Part shown: piece by piece, positions 53,956 through 64,000 of the stretch | How positions within the stretch are numbered: the stretch's first letter is position 1 | Layout: every line of letters begins with the position of its first letter | Source: Macrostomum lignano | Taxonomy: Eukaryota | Direction of reading: 5' to 3' | Assembly: GCA_002269645.1 (NCBI GenBank) | Contig: NIVC01002901.1 | Location: 1-64,000 of the forward strand | Length of the DNA: 64,000 nucleotides | Program-made: the position numbers and the translations under genes | The notes under the pieces: generated by a model | What the model was told of the DNA's origin: nothing | The model's input: only the letters and a program-made list of their open reading frames with translations | Databases searched by the model: none

Positions 53956-56900
53956 CTACTCTTCCAGAATCGGTTCTTCATCATCCTCATCAGCAGCCAT
54001 GTCCCACAGCCCGGCAAAATCGCAGGGCAGGTCGCTCTGGCCTTCCACGAGGCTGTCACCGTCCAGAGCGGGGGCGGCGACCTCGAAGTCGCTGGCAACA
54101 ACGGGGAACACGCCCGACGTTAGCAGGGCTCGCTCCACCTGCAGAGACCAGTCGCTGATGCTGGAGACGGCTGGCACCGGCGGTGGTGGCGGCGGTGAAG
54201 GCGACCGTGGCAGCGGACTCGGCGGAGGCCCGGGCGACGGAGACCTCAGAGGAGGACTCAGCGGACTCGGCAACAGCGGCGGCAGGTGATTTGATTCCGG
54301 CGCAGCCGCTGTCTGATTGCGACGAGCCGACGAGAGGCTTTTGAACTGGAAGCGCTGCCCGCTGGAAGCGTTGGAAGTGGCAGACGACGCTGGGACGGGG
54401 GATTCCTGAAATCGCGACTCCTCAACACAGCCTCGAATGCTGGAGTCTTGCTCTGAGCAGCGGCTCGTGTATCCGTCATATTGCTCACTGCCTGCGGATG
54501 GGTCAGACTGGACAGCTTTAGGCTTGTCACGAGCTTGGCAGCTGCTGGAATCTTGAGATTCCAAATTGAGTAGCTGGTACTGAGGAGTCTCCGCCCAGGC
54601 ACGGTTGTGCATGTCAGCGGACCTGTTATTTGTCCCTGATTGGACTGTGCTTGCACCCTGACTGCCGCTTGCCGATCGCCTCTTGAAGGTAAATGCTCTT
54701 TTCTGGCTCGGCCGAGAATCTTTATCTTGGCTCTGGTACAGACTCTGGATGCCTGCTGGCTGGCACTGGCCTGGGCGATTGAGCGAGGGTTGAAGCTCTG
54801 CGACTGGCCGCTGAGGTTGGCCTGAGGGTTGAAGCTCTGCGACTGGCCGCTGAGGTTGGCCTGAGGGTTGAAGCTCTGCGACTGTCCGCTGAGGTTGGCC
54901 TGAGGGTTGAAGCTCTGCGACTGGCCGCTGAGGTTGGCCTGAGGGTTGAAGCTTTGCAACTGGCCGCTGAGGTTGGCCTGAGGGTTGAAGCTCTGCGACT
55001 GGCCGCTGAGGTTGGCCTGAGGGTTGAAGCTTTGCAACTGGCCGCTGAGGTTGGCTGGGGTTTTAGCTCTCAATGACCACGAATCGGACGTTGGTTCAAA
55101 GGCTGAACTCTGAGACTGCACGCTGGAGCGGCTTTGAGATGCGGAGCTTTTAAGTTGCCCATTGATACTCTGCTGGCTGCGGAAGTTCTGCACTTTTGGA
55201 CCAGATAGTGAACCGGGATATCCGGTATTTAAACCGCATTTGCTGGGCAGAGGTCGCAGTTGACTACCGAAACTAACTTGGTTGCTGGAGTTCTGAGTCT
55301 TTAAGCCCTGCAACTGTCCGCAATGGCTTCCGCTGAGGTTGGCCTGACTATTAAAGCCCTGAGGCTGACCGCTGAGGTTGGCCTGACTATTGAAGCCCTG
55401 AGGCTGACCGCTGAGGTTAGCCTGACCATTGAAGCCCTGAGGCTGACCGCTGAGGTTGGCTTGACCGTTGAATCCCTGAGGCTGACCGCTAAGGTTGGCC
55501 TGACCGTTGAATCCCTGAGGCTGACTGCTGAGGTTAGCCTGACCGTTGAAGCTCTGAGGCTGACTGCTGAGGTTAGCCTGACCGTTGAAGCTCTGAGGCT
55601 GACTGCTGAGGTTAGCCTGACTGTTGAAGCCCTGAGGCTGACCGCTGAATCCCTGAGGCTGGCCGCTAAGGTTGGCCTGACCATTGAAGCTCTGAGGCTG
55701 ACCGCTAAGGTTGGCCTGAGCGTTGAATCCCTGAGGCTGACCGCTAAGGTTGGCCTGACGGTTGAAGCCCTGAGGCTGACCGCTGAGGTTGGCCTGACTA
55801 TTGAAGTACTGCGACTGACCACTGGGATCTGCCTGAAAGCTGAAGCTCTGGGCCTGACCGCAGAGGTTTCCGGCAATGTCGACCTGACTGTTGCAGCCCT
55901 GGGCCTGACCGCTGAAACTGAAGCCAGTCTGGTTGCCAGGGGCTGGCAGCTGTCCGGCAGAGCAGGCCTGGCTTGCGAGAACCGGCTGCAGCTGAGGCTT
56001 GGCTCTGGGCTTGAACTCCAGCAAGCGGTTCTGTGGTGTCTGCTGCAAGCCCTGAGCGCCACCCTGAGCGGCCCTCTCAGACTCAGCTGTTCGTTTTTTC
56101 GCTGGCACCGGCGTGAAGCCAAAGTCGTCAAGCGCCGCCTGCTTGCCGCCCCGCTGGCGCTTGCCGTTCGGCCCTGACTGCGGCTGCGGCTTGCCGGGCT
56201 TGCCTGGACCGCTGGCGGCTTGAGCTGAGGGCAGAGTCGGTATCGGTAGTCATAGCAAAATCAGCAATGGGAGCAACTGACCCCCCTCTCTCTACTGGAA
56301 ACTCACCAGGCTGAAAGCACGGGCTCTGCACGCCCACGCCGCTTCCTCCGGCCTCGTAATTGACAAGCAGGTCGAAGCCGGCCCAGGTCTCGCTGAGCAG
56401 CGCGATGGTCAGCTGGAGCGCCGGGTCTTCCGGCCCGGCCGGCTGCGGCAGTCGCAGGCGGAACTGCGCCTCTAAACTGGCGCCAGCGTCGTCGGCGCCG
56501 CCCCAAATCAGCCGGTCGTCGCGCAGGCGGGCCCGCAGCAGCAGCCGGTTGCGGGCGTCACCGACCAGCAGGACGCAGGTGTGGCCGGGCCCGGCAGTCA
56601 GCGCCCGCCTGCCAGCCGGGGAGGCGGCGGTCCGGCGCAGCAGGTCGGGCCGATTGGCCAGGCTGATGGACAGGCGAATCTCGGAGCCGTCGCCGACCGG
56701 CGACTCCTCCAGGCCGAGCAGGTAGCGCGGCAGGCCGTTCACGGCTGACAGCACGGACGCGCCGAACGGCGGCCGGCGCCCAGCGGCTGCTTCAAGCTCG
56801 TGCGGCGCGGCCGCGGCCATCCGGGCGAAGCTGGCGAAGCCGGCAGCGGCCAGGGCGGCGGCCATGACGGGGCCGATGCCGGGCAGCTGGCGGGACACCT

Positions 56901-59900
56901 GGTCCGAGTTCTCCCACATGCGGGCCTGCGAGCCGGGGGTGTATGATCTGGGGTTTTTTTCTTTATAGCTTGCAGTACTGAGAATCGATGAGCCTGAGTA
57001 TTCTAGAAGCTAATTTCTTTTAAAATCTTTTAAAATTTCTTTAAATGCGCCTTAGAAGGACATCCCAGGTCACACTAAATAGAGCTACACAGCTAACCCA
57101 GCCTGACCCAGGGCTGAGCAACTCAAGGCTCCCTGCAGACCAACTGCCAAAAGCTCTCACCTTGAAGGACTTGTTGAGCAAAATGGCAGAGGTCAGAGTG
57201 CCAAAAGCGCCCCGGTCCCACCAGACATCCACAAGACAGCGGGCCAGCCTCCCGCCCAGCGCCATCATCCGCTGCGCGTCCTGCGCCAGCGAGAAGTCGG
57301 CGACAGTCGCGGAGGCGAGCTCCGCCTGCAGCAACACCAGCGCCTTGTCCGCTGCGGTCTTCACCCCGCCAGTTGCCGGCCGGAACCGCAGTCCCTTTGC
57401 CAGCTGGTTCAGCGGCCGCCTGTCCGACACCCGGAGGCCGCCGTCGCCGCCGCCGAAGCTGCCACCTTCCGCGGCCTCGAGCTGCAGGCACTCGGCGACC
57501 AGGCGGACCAGCGCCTCCAACGAGGCGTCCGGCTGCAGTTCGCAGATTCGGCGCATGCTGGCGAATTTCACGCAGTGCCGCGCCATCAGCCGGCCGGCGG
57601 GCCGCGAAGACACCTGGACGGCGCCGATGTCGCCGCTGCTGGCCAAGTCGCTGGCGGAGATGAGCTCCAGCTGAGCCAGCTGCTGCAGGCGCTCCATCAT
57701 CAGGCGCTCGGCCCAGCCAGCGGTCACGGAGATCTGCGAGCCTTCATTGATGGGTTTAAGGGCGTTTCCATGGGTTCAGGAGCGGTTCAATCTGTGGGTT
57801 CAGGAGCGGCTCAGTCTGTGGGTTCAGGAGCGGTACAGTCTGTGGGTTCAGGAGCGGCTCAGTCTGTGGGTTCAGGAGCGGCTCAGTCTGTGGGTTCAGG
57901 AGCGGTTCAGTCTGTGGGTTCAGGAGCGGTTCAGTCTGTGGGTTCAGGAGCGGCTCAGTCTGTGGGTTCAGGAGCGGTTCAGTCTGTGGGTTCAGGAGCG
58001 GCTCAGTCTGTGGGTTCAGGAGCGGTTCAGTCTGTGGGTTCAGGAGAGGTTCAGTCTGTGGGTTCAGGAGAGGTTCAGTCTGTGGGTTCAGGAGAGGTTC
58101 AGTCTGTGGGTTCAGGAGCGGTTCAGTCTGTGGGTTCAGGAGCGGTTGTCGATTAGAGAAGGCACAGAAGCTCTTGCTTGAGAAACAGAGCTCAAACAGT
58201 GAGCTCTCACCGTAGTAGGCGGGATTCTTCGGCAGCCGCACGCCCAGAAAAGTGTTGTGCAGCCAGCTGACGGCGGACGACACGCAGGTGATGGTCTGCA
58301 GCACAATCTCCGCGTTCAGATACTCGGTCAGATGATGGTGGAGGCTGGGTTGAAATAGGATTTTAAAATCGTTGGCAATTTTTGTTATAGCATGCCAGTG
58401 CTCAATGGGGAATGCTGAGATGCCTGTGCTCAGCTCAATGGGGAATGCTGAGATGCCTGTGCTCAGCTCAATGGGGAATGCTGAGATGCCTGTGCTCAGC
58501 TCAATGGGGAATGCTGAGATGCCTGTGCTCAGCTCAATGGGGAATGCTGAGATGCCTGTGCTCAGCTCAATGGGGAATGCTGAGATGCCTGTGCTCAGCT
58601 CAATGGGGAATGCTGAGATGCCTGTGCTCAGCTCAATGGGGAATGCTGAGATGCCAGTGCTCAGTTCAATGGGGAATGCTGAGATGCCTGTGCTCAGCTC
58701 AATGGGGAATGCTGAGATGCCTGTGCTCAGCTCAATGGGGAATGCTGAGATGCCTGTGCTCAGCTCAATGGGGAATGCTGAGATGCCAGTGCTCAGCTCA
58801 ATGGGGAATGCTGAGATGCCAGTGCTCAGATCAATGGGGAATGCTGAGATGCCTGTGCTCAGCTCAATGGGGAATGCTGAGATGCCTGTGCTCAGCTCAA
58901 TGGGGAATGCTGAGATGCCAGTGCTCAGATCAATGGGGAATGCTGAGATGCCAGTGCTCAGTTCAATGGGGAATGCTGAGACAAACAATCAACTTCAAGA
59001 GGTTGATGATTGACATGTGAAGCGGGAGAAAAATTCTCACCTGCTCTCAATCAGCTGCGTGCCGTTCACAATCTCCTCGTAGACTGGCTGCAATTGTAAA
59101 AAGTTGGAAAATTGGAGAATATTGTAAAAACAATTACAGTATGACGAAACGTGTAGCAAGTTTTTGTTTATCACGGAGTGTACCTGTTTGTCAGCAGAAG
59201 TCATGATGATGGCAGTGGCTGAAGTGTCAAACTGAAATTCGAATGTAAAAATGAGCAAGGGAATCGGTTTTTGTGGGAATTGTTAGCTAGTTGCCATCCA
59301 ATGCGCTTCAGGCGAACCGCTAGCTACCCTTTCAATGGCTTCAGGTGAACCGCTAGCTACCCTTTTCAATGCGCTTCAGGTGAACCGCTAGCTGCCCTTT
59401 CAATGCGCTTCAGGCGAACCGCTAGCTACCCTTTCAATGCGCTTCAGGTGAACCGCTAGCTACCCTTTCAATGGCTTCAGGTGAACCGCTAGCTACCCTT
59501 TCAATGCGCTTCAGGCGAACCGCTAACTCCCCTTTCAATGCGCTTCAGGCGAACCGCTAACTCCCCTTTCAATGCGCTTCAGGCGAACCGCTAACTCCCC
59601 TTTCAATGCGCTTCAGGCGAACCGCTAGCTACCCTTTCAATGCGCTTCAGGTGAACCGCTAACTCCCCTTTCAATGCGCTTCAGGTGAACAGCTAGCTGC
59701 CCTTTTCCCCATCGCAGCCAAACCTGACGCACCTGAGGCCGGCCAGCCCTGCCGATCATCTGGTGCACCTTGATGCTGTCATAGTCGTGCGTCTCAGAGC
59801 CGGCAATGAGCTGCGTGCCCTTGATGATGACCAGGTGAGCTGGCAGGTTGACACCCATGGCCAGGGTGCTGGTGCAGGCTGCAGGTTTTAGGATGGGTAG

Positions 59901-61550
59901 CTTAATTGGGTGACGGAGAATTCATATTTTCCTTGATTGCTTAACCTGTGCCGGCTGCACATTCTGCCCTGTCATTTTCTCATTCCGCCCTGTAAGTTTC
60001 TCATTCCGCCCTGTAAGTTTCTCATTCCGCCCTGTAAGTTTCTCCCATTCCGCCCTGTCAGTTTCTCATTCCGCCCTGTCAGTTTCTCCCATTCCGCCCT
60101 GTCAGTATCTCATTCCGCCCTGTCAGTTTCTCATTCCTCCCTGTCAGCTTCTCATTCCGCACTGTCAGTTTCTCATTCTGCCTTGTCAGCTTCTCATTCT
60201 GCCTTGTCAGCTTCTCATTCTGCCTCGTCAGTTTCTCATTCCGCCCTGTAAGTTTCTCCCATTCCGCCCTGTCAGTTTCTCATTCCGCCCTGTCAGTTTC
60301 TCATTCCGCCCTGTCAGTTTCTCATTCCGCCCTGTCAGTTTCTCATTCCGCCCTGTCAGTTTCTCATTCCGCCCTGTCAGTTTCTCCCATTCCGCCCTGT
60401 CAGTATCTCATTCCGCCCTGTCAGTATCTCATTCCGCCCTGTCAGTTTCTCATTCTGCCTTGTCAGCTTCTCATTCCTCCCTGTCAGCTTCTCATTCCGC
60501 ACTGTCAGTTTCTCATTCTGCCTTGTCAGTTTCTCATTCCGCCCTGTCAGTTTCTCATTCCGCCCTGTCAGTTTCTCATTCCGCCCTGTCAGTTTCTCAT
60601 TCCGCCCTGTCAGTTTCTCATTCCTCCCTGTAAGTTTCTCATTCCTCCCTGTCAGTTTCTCATTCCGCCCTGTCAGTTTCTCCCATTCCGCCCTGTCAGT
60701 ATCTCATTCCGCCCTGTCAGTATCTCATTCCGCCCTGTCAGTTTCTCATTCCTCCCTGTCAGCTTCTCATTCCGCACTGTCAGTTTCTCATTCCACCCCC
60801 AGCAATCTACGATTCCGATAAAACTCACCCAGCACAGGCAAGCAGCCGGTCAGGAAGGCCTCCTCCAGACATTTGCGGTCCTCCATGGACAGGCCGGCGT
60901 GGTGGAAGGCGACCCCGCTACTGAGCGAGTCTGAAGTTCAGAGTCAGTTTTTGAAACAATACTCGCTTTCTTATGAAACATCTGAATGCTGTCATAGGGA
61001 GGGAGATCTCTACACCAGCTAGGGGAATCTCTACCCCAGCTAGGGGAATCTCTACCCCAGCTAGGGGAATTTTTATCCTAGCTAGGGGAATCACTATCAA
61101 AGCTAGGGGAATCTCTATCCCAGCTAGGGGAATCTCTACCCAGGTTGGGGAATCTCTACCCCGGCTAGGGGAATCTCTACCCCGGCTAGGGGAATCTCTA
61201 CCCCGACTAGGGGAATCTCTACCCCGGCTAGGGGAATCTCTACCCCAGCTAGGGGAATCTCTACCCCGGCTAGGGGAATCTCAACCCTGGCTAGGTGAAT
61301 CTCTATCCCGGCTAGTGGAATCTCTACCCCAGCTAGTGGAATCTCTACCCCGGCTAGGGGAATCTCTACCCCGGCTAGGGGAATCTCTACCCCGGCTAGG
61401 CCAGCTCACCCCGCAGCTTCTTGTTGCTCAGCCGGGCGGAGAACTGCTGCAGCACGTCGCGGTCCAGACAGGACCCCGAGCCAGAATGGCCTGAAGATCC
61501 CGCTGCAGGACGGAGCACACCTGCTCAGTGCTCTTGCGGGAGATGCAGAA
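53956..61550 (-). CDS. HFM1: HFM1/MER3 meiotic Ski2-like DNA helicase, partial (RecA2, winged helix, Sec63 and C-terminal tail); N-terminal RecA1 exons not found
   Basis: Exons 61550-61410 (frameshift near 61475), 60930-60829, 59878-59733, 59231-59184, 59087-59041, 58344-58211, about 57741-57161 (AAG acceptor, uncertain), 56925-56307, 56224-53956 (probable further frameshift). Motifs FCISRK, GVAFHHAGL, CTSTLAMGVNLPAHLVIIKG, QMIGRAGRPQFD, ESSLHHHLTEYLNAEI, WENS..RQLPGIG. Confidence 0.85.
57770..58148 (+). repeat. 24-bp minisatellite in an HFM1 intron
   Basis: ggttcaggagcggttcagtctgtg repeated. Confidence 0.95.
58395..58980 (+). repeat. 33-bp minisatellite in an HFM1 intron
   Basis: gctcagctcaatggggaatgctgagatgcctgt repeated. 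Confidence 0.95.
59297..59700 (+). repeat. ~34-bp minisatellite in an HFM1 intron
   Basis: caatgcgcttcaggcgaaccgctagctacccttt repeated. Confidence 0.93.
59960..60795 (+). repeat. 21-bp minisatellite in an HFM1 intron
   Basis: tttctcattccgccctgtcag repeated. Confidence 0.95.
61005..61400 (+). repeat. 21-bp minisatellite in an HFM1 intron
   Basis: gggaatctctaccccggctag repeated. Confidence 0.93.
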
Positions 61551-62262
61551 CTGCAGGCGGCGGATGAGGCGGAAGGCAAGATGGGGCTTTTTATTAGAGG
61601 AGGGGCCTGTGTGCACCGTGCCGCACTTTAAGCGACATTGTCACACAACCGGCGAGAGGCATTACTGCCCATTTCGCCGACTCCCCTGAGCAGGCGCACA
61701 AGCGCTCGGATACGTACGCAGTCATACGCACAGGCACACACTCCCACAGGAGTGTACAGCAGCCCCAACTTTATTTATCGTTAGGCATGTACATTTCACG
61801 CCTTGCGGGTTGGCCCTCAAGGGTGCTAATTGCACGAGAGCAGAGCCAAGCCGAGATTCCGATTCAGCCCCAATTTGACTGCACTTGGAATCGAGCCTGG
61901 GCCGCTGGCACATCAGAGCGCAGCACTAGACTACTAGGCTACAGCCAAACCAATATGGGAGCTTTGGAACCTGCCATATAAAACCGGAAAACAAGCAGCC
62001 TTAATTGAAGGAGACAATTTTCCTGAGCTATTTTCGATGCATTCTAGAGCTTTAAAGGACTTCAGACAAAGCAGGTAGAATCCTCTTATTGTGCTTATTA
62101 TCTTTGAGAAAATATCAGTGCCGTAGGAACAATAACTGCAAGCGTGTAGTTACACTTTAGCATTGAAAGTAAGAGTTGCCAGGCAATGCAAAGTTACTTA
62201 GCAGCTACAGGCGAAAGTGAATGCTTTATGCCTAGTCTAGCAGCAAAGTCAGTTAGCTGCTG

Positions 62263-63235
62263 TCAAATGTCCGGCAGGCGGTAGAACTCCACATTCTTGT
62301 CCGGCCGGCAGCTGTATAGTGACTCAGCGCTGCCCTTGTCCTCCTCCTCATCCTCCTCCTCTGCCTCGTCCGCCGCGCCCCCCTCCGACTCTTCGTCCCC
62401 GGCCTCCCAAGCTACGCCGGCGGCCCGGCGCCGCCAGCGCCTAGCGGCAAACTTCTTCTTTAAGCGCCTGAGCGGCTTGGCTGCCTGCGAGGCGGACGAA
62501 CCGGTGGCGCCAGCTGCGGCGCCGACCTCGGTCTCGACGTCGCCTTCCGCCTCGCTGTCGTCCCGCTCCGGCGGGAACTCGACCTCCTCGCTGGGCAGGT
62601 CGAGCATCTTGGCCACCTCGGCGATCTCCTGCTGATCCAGGATGGGGCAGAGGTCCATGATCTCGGAGTCCGCGAACGCGCCGCTTCCGTCGCCGCCACC
62701 GCCGCCGGCGCCATCGTCGCCAACGAATTCGTCATCGCCCTCGCAGTCGGCCTCGCAGTCGCCGTCGCAGTCGGCCTCGCAGTCGTCGCTGTCCAAGTCC
62801 TCGATGCTGTCCTCGTCTTCTTCAACCAGCTGGTACTTGCCCGCGCGCTGGAGAAGAAACTTGTCGCTCGCCAGTGGCTCCTCATCATCGCCAGCGGCCT
62901 CTCGGCGGCTTCCGCCGCGGCTTCTGCTGCATTTTTGCTTCTGCTGCTGCCGCTGCTCCAGCTTGTCGAATTTGATGCGGCAATTTAAACAAAAAATTTC
63001 GGCGGGATGCGAGCTGACTGATTTTGTGCTCGGCAACTCAGGCTACTCACATGAGCGAAAGCAGCTGTTTCTCATTCCACAGCAATCGGCCATAGACTAC
63101 CACAGAGGGGAGGCGCAACTCTGTCTAGAAATGCTACTGACTACTGGCAGCAGTAGAGTTATTGGGATGTTGCTTTGGCTTCATTACGGCAAAGGCAGGA
63201 CAGAAATGTAGCTTTACCTGCTTGCAAGTTCGCAT
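62263..63235 (-). CDS. Acidic low-complexity orphan protein; main exon about 62961-62263, possible first exon 63235-63218 (MRTCKQ)
   Basis: GC3-rich 700-nt ORF with D/E tracts, basic KKKFAARRWRRR patch and stop at 62263; ATGCGAACTTGCAAGCAG|GTAAAG upstream joins in phase 0 to AAG|CTGGAG; AATAAA on minus strand at 61770-61775. Confidence 0.6.
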
Positions 63236-63404
63236 TCAAAGGTAGCAAGGGCTAATCGAGTACAAGTACATTGTGAGTTCAGAAATTTTTATTCAACCTA
63301 ATTGGAGGCCAATTTCACTATGAAGAAATCATGGTTTTTGTTCCAGCTTTAGCGATAAAAATAATGAAAAAACTGCCTATGAAATCTACCTGCCATGCTA
63401 GTGA

Positions 63405-64000
63405 CAATCAGGGGAGTCACTCAAGTCAGAGGAGTCACTCACAATCAGGGGAGTCACTCAAGTCAGAGGAGTCACTCACAGTCAGGGAATCATTCACAGT
63501 CAGGGGAATCACTCACAGTCAGGGGAGTCACTCACAGTCAGGGGAATCATTCAGTCAGGGGAATCACTCACAGTCAGGGGAGTCACTCACAGTCAGGGAA
63601 TCACTCACAGTCAGGGGAATCACTCACAGTCAGGGAAGTCACTCACAGTCAGAGGAGTCACTCACAGTCAGAGGAATCACTCACAGTCAGGGAATCATTC
63701 ACAGTCAGGGGAATCACTCACAGTCAGGGGAGTCACTCACAGTCAGGGGAATCATTCACAGTCAGGGGAATCACTCACAGTCAGGGGAATCATTCACAGT
63801 CAGGGGAATCACTCACAATCAGGGGAATCACTCACAGTCAGGGGAATCACTCACAGTCAGGAGAATCACTCACAATCAGGGGAGTCACTCACAATCAGGA
63901 GAATCACTCACAATCAGGAGAATCACTCACAATCAGGAGAATCACTCATAATCAGGGGAATCACTCACAATCAGGGAATCACTCATAATCAGGGGAATCA
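63405..64000 (+). repeat. 18-19-bp minisatellite (cactcacagtcaggggaat)n running off the window end
   Basis: Direct reading. Confidence 0.95.

Overview
Eukaryotic (metazoan) genomic DNA with GC3-rich exons and introns filled almost entirely by tandem micro/minisatellites. The style resembles the free-living flatworm Macrostomum lignano (inference, not verified). Genes reconstructed by hand from splice sites: an intronless class A GPCR (+), a full-size ABCA transporter (+) with a degenerate first ATPase site and a frameshift, a 142-aa four-TM protein (+), a secreted six-Cys inhibitor-cystine-knot (knottin/conotoxin-framework) peptide (+) present as one intact and one truncated copy because of a ~3 kb tandem duplication, a 59-aa secreted peptide (-), TCF25/Rqc1 (-), a 9-exon DOCK1/2/5-type Rac GEF (-), the 3' part of the meiotic helicase HFM1/MER3 (-) and an acidic orphan ORF (-). 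Also present: degenerate RTE-like LINE fragments, two tRNA-derived CORE-type SINEs, MITE-like elements, and a ~5.4 kb very AT-rich island. The ORF track misses the two small secreted-peptide genes because each is split by a repeat-filled intron; they are the most interesting signal. Three conserved genes carry frameshifts that a single added base in a short homopolymer would repair, suggesting long-read consensus errors.
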